The notes: generated from the letters alone by a model not told the origin. A DNA stretch of 64,000 bases from Candidatus Woykebacteria bacterium RBG_13_40_15 (GCA_001816655.1 MHCP01000030.1:69623-133622); one strand, 5' to 3'. Shown: positions 28,869 through 39,295, counted from the first letter of the stretch. A program made the numbers and translations.

Positions 28869-30480
28869 AAGAATTTCTAAAGTCTTTTATTTTTAATTGC
28901 AACTTATTGTTGCCCTTCCAAGAGTCTTCATTGAGTGAGTAGACCACATCGATGGTATTTCCTTTTTCCATTTCTTTTTCTGCTAGATTGAATCCAACGC
29001 TGTCAAATACAGTCCCTTCTTTTCCATACAAATAAGCTTTTATGTGTTTTCCATCGCGCCCAACATTTCGAACACTTGCAACTTTCAGCCCTTCAGTTAG
29101 AAAAAGAGGCTCGCGGTTGCCTGACCCAAAAGGCTCAAATTCACGAACTAAATCCAATGTTTCGTGATTTAGGTCTGATTGACCTAAGCGAGTATCAATT
29201 TCGAGGGTAGGGGAAAGGCTTTTCTTTTTCAAATTTTTTTCTGCATATTCAATAATGGCTTCTTTAAAATAGGGGATCTTTTCTTTACTAATAGAAAAAC
29301 CAGCAGCCAGCTCGTGGCCACCCATATTTAGTAGATATTTTTCTGAAGATCCTATAGCTTTTACTATATCAAATCCACTTATACTCCTAGCACTTCCTTT
29401 GCAAATCTCTCCCAACTCACTTATTACAATTGCTGGGCGGTAAAATTCTTCGCTAAGTTTTCCAGCAACCAAACCAATAACTCCAGCGGGATAACTATCA
29501 TGACTAGCAAAAATAATACCATCACCAGGATCCTTTAAATTTTCCTTTGCGTATTCCAAGGATACCGATAAAGCATCTTGCCGTTGTCTGTTTACGAGCG
29601 TAAGTTTCTTTGCTAACTGGGCCGCTCTTTCTTTTTTCCTAGTAAGCAAGATACGGAGTGAATCAATCGCGTGGTCCATCCGACCTGTCGCGTTGAGCCT
29701 TGGAGCAATAATAAAACCTACTTCATACGGAGTAATTTTCTTATTTATTCCAGCTTCTTCATAAATTGCCTGTAAACCGGCTCTTTCAGTATTTATCAAA
29801 TTGTGCAGGCCATTAGCAACAATTATTCTATTATCGTTAACTAAAGGCGAAAGGTCGGCAATGGTCCCAATTGCTGCAAGCTCCAAATTTTTGAAAAGTT
29901 GTTCTTCGATATCTTTGTTGAAAGCTTCAAGTAGCTCTCTAGCTAGTATAAAGGCAATGCCCGAGCCTGAAAGTTTTTTTGTGTGGAGTAAGGCGAGGCA
30001 CTCAGGAAGTACTTTTCCTTCTTCATGGTGGTCGGTGACTATTAACTCTACTCCGAGCTTCTTGGCTAATTTTGCTTCCGCGAGTCCCCCGACCCCACAA
30101 TCAACGGTAATGATTAGCCCTGCGCCTTCTCTGGCAATTGTTTCGATTGCACTGCTGTTCAGTCCATACCCCTCTTTACCCCGGTGGGGGATATAGGGCA
30201 AAACCTTCCCACCAAGAAAATTTATTGTTTCCCAAAGGATCGCCGTAGCGGTCAGGCCATCCACATCAAAATCCCCATAGATGTAAACTAATTCCCTATT
30301 CTCTATTGCCCTCTTTATCCGATCTACGGCTTTATCAAGCCGAGGAAAAAATTTACTTGGTGGTGTTAACTTGTTCAAATGGGGTCGGAAAAACTTTTCT
30401 TCGTCCCTCACTCCCCTATTCTTGGTCAAAACTTTTCGCAAGTCTCTTCCATTACCCAAAACAGTCCAGCTTTTTTCCAT
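28867..30480 (-). CDS. recJ: single-stranded-DNA-specific exonuclease RecJ
   Basis: 537 aa. DHH motifs IYGDFDVDGLTA and TDHHEEG, plus a DHHA1-like C-terminal half. Confidence 0.8.
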   Translation of the reverse strand: MEKSWTVLGNGRDLRKVLTKNRGVRDEEKFFRPHLNKLTPPSKFFPRLDKAVDRIKRAIENRELVYIYGDFDVDGLTATAILWETINFLGGKVLPYIPHRGKEGYGLNSSAIETIAREGAGLIITVDCGVGGLAEAKLAKKLGVELIVTDHHEEGKVLPECLALLHTKKLSGSGIAFILARELLEAFNKDIEEQLFKNLELAAIGTIADLSPLVNDNRIIVANGLHNLINTERAGLQAIYEEAGINKKITPYEVGFIIAPRLNATGRMDHAIDSLRILLTRKKERAAQLAKKLTLVNRQRQDALSVSLEYAKENLKDPGDGIIFASHDSYPAGVIGLVAGKLSEEFYRPAIVISELGEICKGSARSISGFDIVKAIGSSEKYLLNMGGHELAAGFSISKEKIPYFKEAIIEYAEKNLKKKSLSPTLEIDTRLGQSDLNHETLDLVREFEPFGSGNREPLFLTEGLKVASVRNVGRDGKHIKAYLYGKEGTVFDSVGFNLAEKEMEKGNTIDVVYSLNEDSWKGNNKLQLKIKDFRNS

Positions 30481-30543
30481 AGTAGGTCGATTTTAACACA
30501 ATAATTTTTTGAAAAGACCACGTAACTTCCCTTGACAGGCAAG

Positions 30544-31902
30544 ATGCAAAGAGCTATTGTTAATATAATGCCTTTAATTAAAAATAAAATCTTCATTCTT
30601 GTACTAGTATTAATCTTTTTATTGCTAGTAGGTGTAGGAGGCTACAAGCTTTTTTCGATCTACGCCTTTAACTCTTTATCCAAACAACTAGAAACCGGAA
30701 ATAACGAGCTTTTTTCTGGGTTCAAAGAAGAAATAGCTGCTGCCAATAAAATCAACCTTAATCTTTTTGAAGCATCAAAATCTTTAGAGCCAACCAATTT
30801 TTCGAAGGAAAAAACCGACAACTATCTAAACCAAACCAAAACAGAATATAATAACTCGCTCTCTGCCTACAAAAAGGGTTTGGATGACCTAGAGTCCAAC
30901 GTCTCAAAGCTTGATAGTGCCTCTAAACTGCCTCTCTGGCTCTCAGGGGACCAGAAAAAATTTGTCTCAGACATTACTACTTCGCTAAAAGCGCACAAAG
31001 ACGCTCGGAAAGCTGACTATGATTTTTCGGTCGAGGTAAAACCAGTATTTTCCAACGTTTTGCAAATTATTAGTGACACCGGTTCATTACTTGATTACAT
31101 GCTACCCCTGCAAACTGCGAAAACAGAGCAGGAAGTTACAGCCGCTTTCACTCAAAATTTCTCTAAAGTAGCATCCCTAGAGAAATATTCAAAAGAAAGT
31201 TATAAGTTCGAGAGCCAAGATACACTTTCTACAAAATATCCAGACTCCTACAAAGCCTTTGCCGCTTTTAAAACCGTTTTTGGCCAATACTTCTTAGCAA
31301 TCAAGGGTCTCTCCCAAGGTGATATGTCCCAAGCCGCAAAACTAGAACAGATAGGAAATAGCTTTCAGCTTTCTCTAAACTCTCTGCAAAATCCGCTAGA
31401 AGAGATATCAGGGAAAGCAAAGCCTACTACAACCAAAATCAAAGACACTTACGCCGACTATGCTAAGACCTTGGATTTCTATAACGAGAACAAACTTTAT
31501 TCAAATATGCTTTCCAAGGAAAAGTGGCTAGCCCAAAACAATCAAAACAAGGCCGCCGTCTTTGCTTACGGAGTTAATTTATATCAAACTGATCTTGACA
31601 AGTATCCAGCTGATAAAACATTTTCGGATCTGGCTGCTACTTTGAAAGATAGGAACTACTTTGTCAGCGGTTTAAAATATAATGAAGCCGATTTTACTTA
31701 CAGTTCAGACGGTGACATGTATTTTAAACTTGGTTACAAGAACGAAGTTTCAGGGCAGATTGAAACATTTACCGTTGGAATAACAGAAGATGCTCAAAAA
31801 TCCCTCGGGGCTTTTAACAAAGTGGTTAAATTAAAAAGCGTTGAACTAAACTTTGGATCAGTAAACCACCTCATCAATTATATCGGCTCTTTCGCTCCGT
31901 AA
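30544..31902 (+). CDS. membrane-anchored extracytoplasmic protein, unknown function
   Basis: N-terminal TM IFILVLVLIFLLLVGVGG. The ORF track starts at a TTG at 30532; ATG 30544 or ATG 30577 is more likely. Confidence 0.5.
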   Translation: MQRAIVNIMPLIKNKIFILVLVLIFLLLVGVGGYKLFSIYAFNSLSKQLETGNNELFSGFKEEIAAANKINLNLFEASKSLEPTNFSKEKTDNYLNQTKTEYNNSLSAYKKGLDDLESNVSKLDSASKLPLWLSGDQKKFVSDITTSLKAHKDARKADYDFSVEVKPVFSNVLQIISDTGSLLDYMLPLQTAKTEQEVTAAFTQNFSKVASLEKYSKESYKFESQDTLSTKYPDSYKAFAAFKTVFGQYFLAIKGLSQGDMSQAAKLEQIGNSFQLSLNSLQNPLEEISGKAKPTTTKIKDTYADYAKTLDFYNENKLYSNMLSKEKWLAQNNQNKAAVFAYGVNLYQTDLDKYPADKTFSDLAATLKDRNYFVSGLKYNEADFTYSSDGDMYFKLGYKNEVSGQIETFTVGITEDAQKSLGAFNKVVKLKSVELNFGSVNHLINYIGSFAP

Positions 31903-32099
31903 CATTTTTGCTACTCTCAATTCAAAAAACCGCTGTTTTTATTAATGTCTTTGGATCTTGGGAGCGTTAAACCAGCAATCAGCCTGTTTATTTAATTCTA
32001 TTCTTTCCTGTCTAGCAGCGTTTAAGCCTTTAATGAGCAAAAAGGTACTTGCCAACTTTATTTAATAGTATATAATTGTAGGCAGCCTCCCTATACTAT

Positions 32100-32786
32100 A
32101 TGGCAACAGCAAAGAAAATTTCGGAAACTCAAGAAACTTCCCTAAACGATAAAAAATCTCTAACCTCTGGTTTTCTTAACTTTGGTAGTTGGAGAAAGAA
32201 TATAGCAAAAAGCTACGGTAAAAGACCAAACTTTTACAAAGGCGGCTTTGTGTTAGTCCTAATTATCGTTGTTTTAGGCACCATCCTTTGGTTCAACAAG
32301 GGACTGATTGTAGCTGGGAATGTCAATGGCCAGATTGTTACTACTCCACAGTTTTATAATAAATTAGTAAAAGCTGATGGAACAGCTGTTTTCGACTCGT
32401 TAGTTCAAGAAATTTTAATCAAACAAGAGGCTTCAAAAAAGAGAATCAAGGCCACGAAAGAAGACATTGATAAAAAAGTGGCAGAAATTGAAAAAGGTCT
32501 TGGAGGAAAAGAAAACCTTGACGTAGCTCTAACTCAAAATAACACGACCATGGAACAACTTCGCGATCAACTTGAGATTCAAATTTTGGTTGAAAAGATA
32601 TTGGCAGATCAAATAAAGATAGCAGATAGCGAAATAACAAAATATATCGCAGATAACAAAGCGACCAACCCAGATATAACTCGCGATCAAGCACAGCAAC
32701 AGGTAAAAAACCAAAAATTAAGCGATAAATTCACTACTTGGTACAACGATCTGAAAGCTAAAGCAAAAATCTACAAGTTCTTCTAA
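32100..32786 (+). CDS. SurA-N-terminal-domain-like periplasmic chaperone, membrane-anchored
   Basis: 228 aa. TM anchor, then a helical domain with the GQIVTTPQFYNKL...FDSLVQEILIKQEA pattern typical of the SurA/PpiD N-domain. Confidence 0.5.
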   Translation: MATAKKISETQETSLNDKKSLTSGFLNFGSWRKNIAKSYGKRPNFYKGGFVLVLIIVVLGTILWFNKGLIVAGNVNGQIVTTPQFYNKLVKADGTAVFDSLVQEILIKQEASKKRIKATKEDIDKKVAEIEKGLGGKENLDVALTQNNTTMEQLRDQLEIQILVEKILADQIKIADSEITKYIADNKATNPDITRDQAQQQVKNQKLSDKFTTWYNDLKAKAKIYKFF

Positions 32787-32789
32787 GCT

Positions 32790-33350
32790 CTACTTCTGGC
32801 CAACGAACTTTACGCCTTGAGACTCCATTACTATTTCCGGGTAGCCACGTCTTTCAATGTTACTCTCAGGCAGCTCGAGTCGTTTAAATAGCTCTTTTAT
32901 TTCCTCTTGCAGCTTCTCACCATCAGTTCCGATTGCTTCGACTTCTAGGTAGTTGCCAAGTTCTTCCACCTCGTCAATTTCTAGACCAAAATCCCTATAG
33001 CGGGCTGAAGTTCTTTTTTTGTGAAAAGTGAGAACACAGTTGTAGCCAAGCTTATCTAAAATTTTTTCCATTGCTTCTGCATCGCCGATTTTCGTTTCAT
33101 ATTCCTCCCAAACTCCCCTTCTATTCGTCAAACCCTTTATTGTCAGCGAATTTTCATTGGCTCTGCGGATTCTGACAACAAAAGAGCCAGGCCTCTGGGT
33201 TTCCCTTTCCTTGCCTTTGGGACGAAAATATTTATCGATTAAAGTTTGTGGTTTGCTCCATAAAACGCCAAGAGCTGCAATTTTCTTTTTGGCCTGACTG
33301 ACATCATCTAACTTTATTTTTACCTCGATTTCCCGCTCGTTCTTTTTCAT
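32790..33350 (-). CDS. CYTH-domain protein (class IV adenylate cyclase / triphosphatase-like)
   Basis: N-terminal EIEVKIKL (ExExK) and a later EID motif. 186 aa. Confidence 0.6.
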   Translation of the reverse strand: MKKNEREIEVKIKLDDVSQAKKKIAALGVLWSKPQTLIDKYFRPKGKERETQRPGSFVVRIRRANENSLTIKGLTNRRGVWEEYETKIGDAEAMEKILDKLGYNCVLTFHKKRTSARYRDFGLEIDEVEELGNYLEVEAIGTDGEKLQEEIKELFKRLELPESNIERRGYPEIVMESQGVKFVGQK

Positions 33351-33354
33351 AGCT

Positions 33355-34458
33355 TTAAATCCCCTTCCTTATTGAAATAGCAGCTAGAATTATCATCGCA
33401 ATAGCAAAGATTAACAAAATATAAATATCAAAACTAACACTTGAGAGATCCTTCCCTCTTATCATAATATCCCGAAGGGCGTTATTGGCGTAAGTAAGCG
33501 GCATCGCCCAAGAGAGCCACTGTAAAATGGTCGGCATAGATTTTATTGGGAAGATTAGGCCAGACAAAAGTCCTTGAGGAACGATCATTAAAGGGATAAA
33601 TTGAACGACCTGTAGCTCATTTTTAGCAAAAGAGGAGAGAAAAATACCTAGATTTACTGACCCCACAACCAAAAGCAGTTCAATCAAAAACACAAACCAA
33701 ATACTTCCCAGGAAATGAACATTTAAAATATAAATCGTGAAAAGCAAAACAATTACGGATTGAATAAGAGCAAAGAGGGAAAATCCCAAGAAATACCCCA
33801 AAACTAGCTCAGCATTATTGACTGGGGAAGCAAAGATTCTCTCAAAAGTCCCCTGATTCCTTTCCCGCAAAAATGAGACCGAAGTTAAAAGAAAAACAAA
33901 AAAGAACGCGAAAAAGGCAATAAAAACAGGGGCAAAATAATCAAGTGAGTTAAATTTTTCACCGCCATAAAGGTAGTAGACTTTTATTTCCGCTCCCTTT
34001 TGACTCTCAAAAAGAGCGGCCAGTTTTTGATTGATTAACCCCAATACTTGTTGAGAGCTATTTGGATCCGATCCTTCTAATTGGATAGTTATTGCTGGGG
34101 TTTTTTTATTTAAAAGGTCGGAGCTGAAATTTTTATCCAGCAAAACATACGCATCTAGCAAGTTTTCTTTCAATTCGGCTTCCGCATCGTTGAGATTTTT
34201 GATTTGCCAAACAAAGTTGTCAGTATTTTTCAATGAGTCTTCTATTTTTTGTGAAAGTTTCTGATTGCCAAGTGGGGTGTTCACCCCATTATCTTGATTT
34301 ACAAACCCAACCTCAAACACTCTTGCAGTCTTAAACAGCGCTCCTAAGATAGAGAGCAGAAGAAGCGGAACCACCACCATCAAACCAAGCGTCCGCCTGT
34401 CGTGGATAAATTGCTGAACTATTCTTTTTGCTACAGCTAGAGTTCTTTGGATATTCAT
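33355..34458 (-). CDS. ABC-2-type transporter permease
   Basis: 367 aa. N-terminal TM, an extracytoplasmic loop and six C-terminal TM helices. 4-nt overlap with the ATPase gene. Confidence 0.7.
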   Translation of the reverse strand: MNIQRTLAVAKRIVQQFIHDRRTLGLMVVVPLLLLSILGALFKTARVFEVGFVNQDNGVNTPLGNQKLSQKIEDSLKNTDNFVWQIKNLNDAEAELKENLLDAYVLLDKNFSSDLLNKKTPAITIQLEGSDPNSSQQVLGLINQKLAALFESQKGAEIKVYYLYGGEKFNSLDYFAPVFIAFFAFFFVFLLTSVSFLRERNQGTFERIFASPVNNAELVLGYFLGFSLFALIQSVIVLLFTIYILNVHFLGSIWFVFLIELLLVVGSVNLGIFLSSFAKNELQVVQFIPLMIVPQGLLSGLIFPIKSMPTILQWLSWAMPLTYANNALRDIMIRGKDLSSVSFDIYILLIFAIAMIILAAISIRKGI

Positions 34459-35177
34459 TCTCCGCCTTCCAATTTCAAAAATGCTTCCTCAATATTTTTT
34501 GTTTTTGCTTGCGATAGTATGCCTTCTATTTTTCCTTGAGCAAGAAGCTTACCGTCCCGCAAAAGTGCAAGTTCGCTGCATCTTGCTGCTTCATCCATCA
34601 CATGAGTAGATAAAACAATACTTGTTCCTTCTCTATTTAACTTCTTGAAATAATCCCAAAATTCAACTCGCAAAGAGGGATCGACACCAACAGTCGGCTC
34701 ATCTAGAAAAACCAGTTCTGGCTTATGGACTAAGCTCGTCGCTAACGAGAGGCGTTGTTTCATACCCCCACTCAATGTATTAACAGCGGACCTTTCTTTC
34801 CCTTCAAGTTTCACTAAAGATAGCAATTCTCCAATCCGTTTCTTTTTTTCTTTGGAAGAAACCCCGTAGATTGTTGCAAAGAAGTCAAGATTCTCTGCTA
34901 CTGTCAATTCCTGGTACAAAGCTGAACTTTGAGTCATGTAACCTATTTTTTCTGAACGCTCTGCCCAGGATAGTGAGTCGCTTATTACACGGATCTTTCC
35001 GGAATCTGGTTTTAACACTCCAACCAAAATTCGAATCAAGGTTGTTTTCCCCGAACCATTTGGGCCAAGAAATCCAAAGGTAATTCCCTTTTTTATTTTT
35101 AGAGAGAGGTTTTCTAGGGCGTAAATATCTGGAGGAAATTTTTTTGTAAGTCCTTCCACTTCAATAATGTCATTCAT
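34455..35177 (-). CDS. ABC transporter ATP-binding protein
   Basis: GPNGSGKTT Walker A, LSGGMKQRLSLA signature, LDEPT Walker B. Confidence 0.85.
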   Translation of the reverse strand: MNDIIEVEGLTKKFPPDIYALENLSLKIKKGITFGFLGPNGSGKTTLIRILVGVLKPDSGKIRVISDSLSWAERSEKIGYMTQSSALYQELTVAENLDFFATIYGVSSKEKKKRIGELLSLVKLEGKERSAVNTLSGGMKQRLSLATSLVHKPELVFLDEPTVGVDPSLRVEFWDYFKKLNREGTSIVLSTHVMDEAARCSELALLRDGKLLAQGKIEGILSQAKTKNIEEAFLKLEGGE

Positions 35178-35287
35178 ACAAGCAACAAAAGTGTAAGGGA
35201 GAACACTAGTGGTGTCAAGAAAATAAAATGCTCCTTAGTTTATTTATGGTATACTTGCCTCGAAAAGAAGAAAGTGAGGGCGAAAAA

Positions 35288-35551
35288 ATGAAGATCAGGA
35301 AACCCGAAAACCTGACTGAGGCTATCATCTTCGGCGTCGGATTCATTTTCTTCTACGCCTTCACGGTGACAGGCGTCGAAGTGTTGATGGAACGAAGGGC
35401 TGAATCAAAAGGCCGCTCTAAGGCTAAGCAACGTCGAGGCTGGCTTGCGATTACCTTACCAATAGCCCTAATCAAAGGGGCTTGGAAACTCGCCAGGTTT
35501 CTCTTAGGGGAAGGCAGGCGAAAGTTACGAGAAAGGGGGAAGAGTCTATGA
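35288..35551 (+). CDS. small membrane protein on a GC-rich islet
   Basis: MKIRKPENL start with RBS gaaagtgaggg. A TM segment, then a basic tail. A hairpin GGGGCcttgagcaaGCCCC lies downstream near 35718. Confidence 0.4.
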   Translation: MKIRKPENLTEAIIFGVGFIFFYAFTVTGVEVLMERRAESKGRSKAKQRRGWLAITLPIALIKGAWKLARFLLGEGRRKLRERGKSL

Positions 35552-35822
35552 CCAGCAAACGAACCGGCATGAATACGACAGAGCTTCTGATGATTCAGTC
35601 CATGAGAGGCCACAATTGGAGGCTCTGATACCCTATTCACGGCATTTGCCGCTGCAGCCGTGGGCTGCGGGATCGCTATCGACCATCCTCGCTCTCGCTA
35701 CGGAAGAAGCGGAAACCGGGGCCTTGAGCAAGCCCCCTCCTTACTTAAATGTCAAGAAAACGCTATTCCAATGCCCTCACTTTTACTGAGCAAAGTCGAA
35801 ATAAGAATTGAGAATAAATGAT

Positions 35823-36302
35823 TTAATCGGTTTTGGCGAAGAGGACGACGTAGTTTTTTCCGTAGGCTTTAGCGCAATTTGGACAAGTCGTGTAGGAAAA
35901 GTAAAGTTTGTTAATTTTTTTGCCTTTTGAGCTTACAAAACTTTCCATTTCTTTTATCCACTTTCCGGTATTTTGATATGGTCCTTCGAAAACCTTTGTC
36001 AAAAAATTACCAGATATAGTTGCCATTTGAGCGTCGGAAACATCCTTTGACACGTCAATGTAGATATCAGACCCCCAAAGAGACTTTTCATCTGTAAGCA
36101 TTAGTTGATATGGGGATTTTGCATCGGCCTTTTCAATGAGCGCCATATTCTTAACTACTTTCTGCCCCATGTTTATTGGGATATGAAGGAAACTAGTAAC
36201 GTGGTCTTTGACGAAAAGTTTATTACTCCAGTTAATTTCCTTTTCGTCCCAAGGTGCAGGATCAAAAGGCTCACAACAATCTGTTTTCTTTATATTTTCC
36301 AT
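35823..36302 (-). CDS. hypothetical protein (159 aa; CC...CPNC cysteines)
   Basis: Clean ORF, not recognised. Confidence 0.45.
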   Translation of the reverse strand: MENIKKTDCCEPFDPAPWDEKEINWSNKLFVKDHVTSFLHIPINMGQKVVKNMALIEKADAKSPYQLMLTDEKSLWGSDIYIDVSKDVSDAQMATISGNFLTKVFEGPYQNTGKWIKEMESFVSSKGKKINKLYFSYTTCPNCAKAYGKNYVVLFAKTD

Positions 36303-36375
36303 TTCGGAAGAATTATATTACCTATTCAATTTTTATTCAAGCAAGAAATGTTCTTCCAATGTTCTTACTCGTCAT

Positions 36376-36430
36376 GAGCTAGTTTGCCCTGAGTGTAATC
36401 GAAGGGAAGGAAGAATTTGAGGGTATACCT
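36376..36430 (+). repeat. copy X of a dispersed intergenic repeat (permuted/junction form)
   Basis: gagctagtttgccctgagtgtaatcgaagggaaggaagaatttgaggg matches the end plus start of copy Y (39990-40108). Confidence 0.5.
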
Positions 36431-36734
36431 AAATTGTGATGGAACGGTGCGTGAGGATATTTCCCCAGGTCATTGCTTGTTCTGCCCAAAAAAGCGTGTT
36501 TGCTGGACCTGCTTTGGCGTTTTTTTCAAGTTTTGAATACTCTAGTAAAAATCTATCAAAAGTCTTTTTAAAAGGCTGGTTAAAGGAACTTTGGTCAATA
36601 GACGATATGTAACCAGTTGTTTGATTTAAAAAGGTAATAATTCTCGTCTTTTTACCATCATAATCATCAACCGCCCAGTTGCCTATTCGGTTTAGATTCA
36701 TTGCGATATCAAGTATTTTGGCTTTATTATCCAT
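36429..36734 (-). CDS. hypothetical protein (101 aa)
   Basis: ORF 3 nt from the next gene (operon). Confidence 0.45.
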   Translation of the reverse strand: MDNKAKILDIAMNLNRIGNWAVDDYDGKKTRIITFLNQTTGYISSIDQSSFNQPFKKTFDRFLLEYSKLEKNAKAGPANTLFWAEQAMTWGNILTHRSITI

Positions 36735-36736
36735 AT

Positions 36737-37096
36737 TTAGAGAAGTAAATCTTTTACTATTTTATCAAATTTGCTTCTGACCTCTTTCGATAATATGTCA
36801 CGACTAGGGTTGTCTTGGTTTGGGCGGAGATTAATAATTGAATTGTAATCGATTTCGCGTGTTTCTAAATCAACACCGCCACCCCAAAGATCTGTTTGTT
36901 TTGATCCCTTTCCTAAAAGTTTTTGCTCTCCGTCGAAATGCCTTTCACCACCACCAGCCAAGATCTCTTTTTCAATATCAACCACCACTTTTATATAACC
37001 GTCAAAATCCTCCGCCATTTTTTTGAGTTCTTCCGGTGCAGCTTTTTTAGAAATAACAAGAAGCATAGCTTTTATTATATCTTGCCGGAAAAACAA
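36737..37096 (-). CDS. hypothetical protein (119 aa)
   Basis: ORF, operonic with 36429..36734. Confidence 0.45.
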   Translation of the reverse strand: MFFRQDIIKAMLLVISKKAAPEELKKMAEDFDGYIKVVVDIEKEILAGGGERHFDGEQKLLGKGSKQTDLWGGGVDLETREIDYNSIINLRPNQDNPSRDILSKEVRSKFDKIVKDLLL

Positions 37097-37184
37097 TAGC
37101 CAGCTTCGTAACTAAATAATTTCGCTAACCAGCCAATTATTTAGATACTCTCGCGTGCTGCGTCGAAGATCTCCTAAGAAAGCT

Positions 37185-37394
37185 TTAGGTTATTTCAAAG
37201 GTTTTGTTTTTGCTAGAAAAGCCGGAAAGAAGTTTGATAGAGCTTTTTGGAACTTCAAAATATTCTGCTAGTGCTAAGATAATCGCTTTATTTGCGGCGC
37301 CTTTTACAGGTAGTTCTTTAACGGAAACAATAAAATAGTTCTCCTCGATTTTTTCTTGATTAGAATGCGGTTTTGCCTTAACAGTGATTTTCAT
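37185..37394 (-). CDS. DUF167/YggU-like small protein
   Basis: 69 aa, KITVKAKPHSNQEKI...GAANKAI pattern. Confidence 0.45.
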   Translation of the reverse strand: MKITVKAKPHSNQEKIEENYFIVSVKELPVKGAANKAIILALAEYFEVPKSSIKLLSGFSSKNKTFEIT

Positions 37395-37436
37395 TCATTT
37401 ATTGTAGTAAAAATCGCCTTTTCCAATGTTCTCCTA

Positions 37437-37613
37437 TTATTCTTTTGGAGAAGGCTCGGACGGAGGGCTTTGATTAAAATGGCGCCCACAAATAATGCAC
37501 TTATACACTTGAGGGGTCTCGGGTTTAGCGGGTTCCGAATCAATTCCTGAAGGAGCATGAACTTTGAACACGTCTCTACTGCCGCACTGTGGGCATTTTA
37601 TACCATCTGCCAT
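37437..37613 (-). CDS. small zinc-ribbon protein (58 aa, CPQC...CIIC), missing from the ORF track (below 60 aa)
   Basis: Hand translation MADGIKCPQCGSRDVFKVHAPSGIDSEPAKPETPQVYKCIICGRHFNQSPPSEPSPKE*. The start overlaps (TAATG) a 21-aa highly basic upstream mini-ORF, MAHSQGKQRREKKKPKKDKKK. Confidence 0.45.
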   Translation of the reverse strand: MADGIKCPQCGSRDVFKVHAPSGIDSEPAKPETPQVYKCIICGRHFNQSPPSEPSPKE

Positions 37614-37726
37614 TATTTCTTTTTATCTTTCTTAGGTTTCTTTTTTTCTCTTCTTTGTTTACCTTGACTGTGAGCCATAGAGTGTAATTATATGCTCGCT
37701 AACACCAAAAGACAAGGACACTTTGT

Positions 37727-38977
37727 TTACTCAACAAAAGTTAGTGCTGTTCCCCTTTTATTTAATCGCCCAGTACGCCCGATACGATGGACGTAGTCGT
37801 CATAAGTCTCTGGAAGATCGTAGTTGATTACGTGAGAGACATTATCTATATCAAGTCCCCGACTAGCTACATCGGTAGCCAGTAATATGCTTATTTCATC
37901 ACTCTTGAAGCTTTTTAATATTTTTTGCCTTTGGGATTGCCTTTTGTTTCCATGGATAGAACCAACCCTGAAACCACGCATCGTCAATTGGCTATCCAAT
38001 TTATCAATCCCGTGCTTGGTACGGCCGAAAATCATCACTTTATCGAAACCTTCTTTATTTAAAAGGTCATGCAATTGATCCACTTTTTTACTGCGATCCA
38101 CAACTTTAATGACATCCTGTTCGATATTTTCAGGAGTATTTTGTTTTTTGACCGAGACTGTTACCGGATTGGTAACAAAGGCGGTCAGCACCTCGCGTAC
38201 TTTGGGTGGAATAGTAGCCGAAAAAAATAGTGACTGACGAGGCCTCGGAAGTAAGGAAATAAAGTATTTAACGTCGTTTATAAAACCAATGTCCACCATC
38301 AGATCTACCTCATCCAAGACAATCGTCCGAAAATCACCAAGATAGAGGTGTTTGTGATCAACTAAGTCCTTTAGTCTTCCAGGAGTACCTATAACCACGC
38401 TGGGCCGGCGGCTGAGGTCTGCAATTTGCCGGTGTATATTTGCGCCTCCAATAACAAGACTTGAATAAATACCCAATCCCTCTGCTAGGATATGCAATTC
38501 CTCATTGATCTGGCCTGCCAGTTCCCTAGTAGGGGTGACGATCAGAGCTCGCTGTCCCCTGTCTCTAGCGATTTTGTCTACTAAGGGAACTAAAAAGGCT
38601 GCTGTTTTACCAGTACCAGTCTGGGCTAGTCCGATCAGGTCGCGGCCTTCAAGAATCGGTTTAATAGCTTGATCTTGAACGGGAGTTGGGTTCTCATAGT
38701 CTTTTTTTGCAATATTTGCTTTCAAAGCGGGAACAAGATTGAAATCCTCAAATTTGTACCTTGTTTGATAATTATCTACTGAAGAGTTTCCTACCGCTTT
38801 CTTAATAAAAATACTTGTGTTCCCCTCTAGCTCACTTTTAGGACCACCAGAATACCGACTCTGGTTAGAGATACTTTTTGGATAGCTGTAACTGCCCCCA
38901 TTTCCATTTCTTTTAAATTTTCGTCCGCCAAAACCGCTCGCGCGGCCGAAGCTTGCACTATTTCGCGATCTATGCAT
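37727..38977 (-). CDS. DEAD-box ATP-dependent RNA helicase with an N-terminal RG/S-rich tail
   Basis: Q-motif, AQTGTGKTAAF, PTRELA, DEVD (DEAD variant), SAT, HRIGRTGR. Confidence 0.85.
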   Translation of the reverse strand: MHRSRNSASFGRASGFGGRKFKRNGNGGSYSYPKSISNQSRYSGGPKSELEGNTSIFIKKAVGNSSVDNYQTRYKFEDFNLVPALKANIAKKDYENPTPVQDQAIKPILEGRDLIGLAQTGTGKTAAFLVPLVDKIARDRGQRALIVTPTRELAGQINEELHILAEGLGIYSSLVIGGANIHRQIADLSRRPSVVIGTPGRLKDLVDHKHLYLGDFRTIVLDEVDLMVDIGFINDVKYFISLLPRPRQSLFFSATIPPKVREVLTAFVTNPVTVSVKKQNTPENIEQDVIKVVDRSKKVDQLHDLLNKEGFDKVMIFGRTKHGIDKLDSQLTMRGFRVGSIHGNKRQSQRQKILKSFKSDEISILLATDVASRGLDIDNVSHVINYDLPETYDDYVHRIGRTGRLNKRGTALTFVE

Positions 38978-39222
38978 GATTTTTGAATGAGAAAGACTAA
39001 GAAGAAATAGTGTTTGCAGTCAGAGCAAAAACTTTGAAATCCTAGGCCTGCCCGACAAGCCCAATGCTAGTCTAGGCGGGCGGTGAGCTAATTTCAAAGA
39101 CTCATTCACTCTGCTTCTAATGCAGAAAATAAAAGAAAATAAGTGTTTGTATAGCTCAAATTCTAATTCAAGGAGATAGTTTAACATAGCTAGAAAAATA
39201 AAGCAAGTGCTATCGGACTGTT

Positions 39223-39275
39223 GGATTTTATGGCTGATTTGATGGGATTTCAAATATTGAGCTGGACGAAATCGC
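39223..39275 (+). repeat. copy Z of the dispersed intergenic repeat (left flank of the higBA cassette)
   Basis: ggattttatggctgatttgatgggatttcaaatattgagctggacgaa matches ggattttagggctgattggatggggtttcaaacagtgagcttgaag in copy Y. Confidence 0.5.
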
Positions 39276-39295
39276 GCTAAGAAAGGGTGTTATCT

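Noticed and set aside
39020-39253. 77-aa minus-strand ORF in the helicase-higA spacer
   Set aside because: It overlaps repeat copy Z and a GC hairpin, has no RBS and has an odd composition. It is likely spurious.
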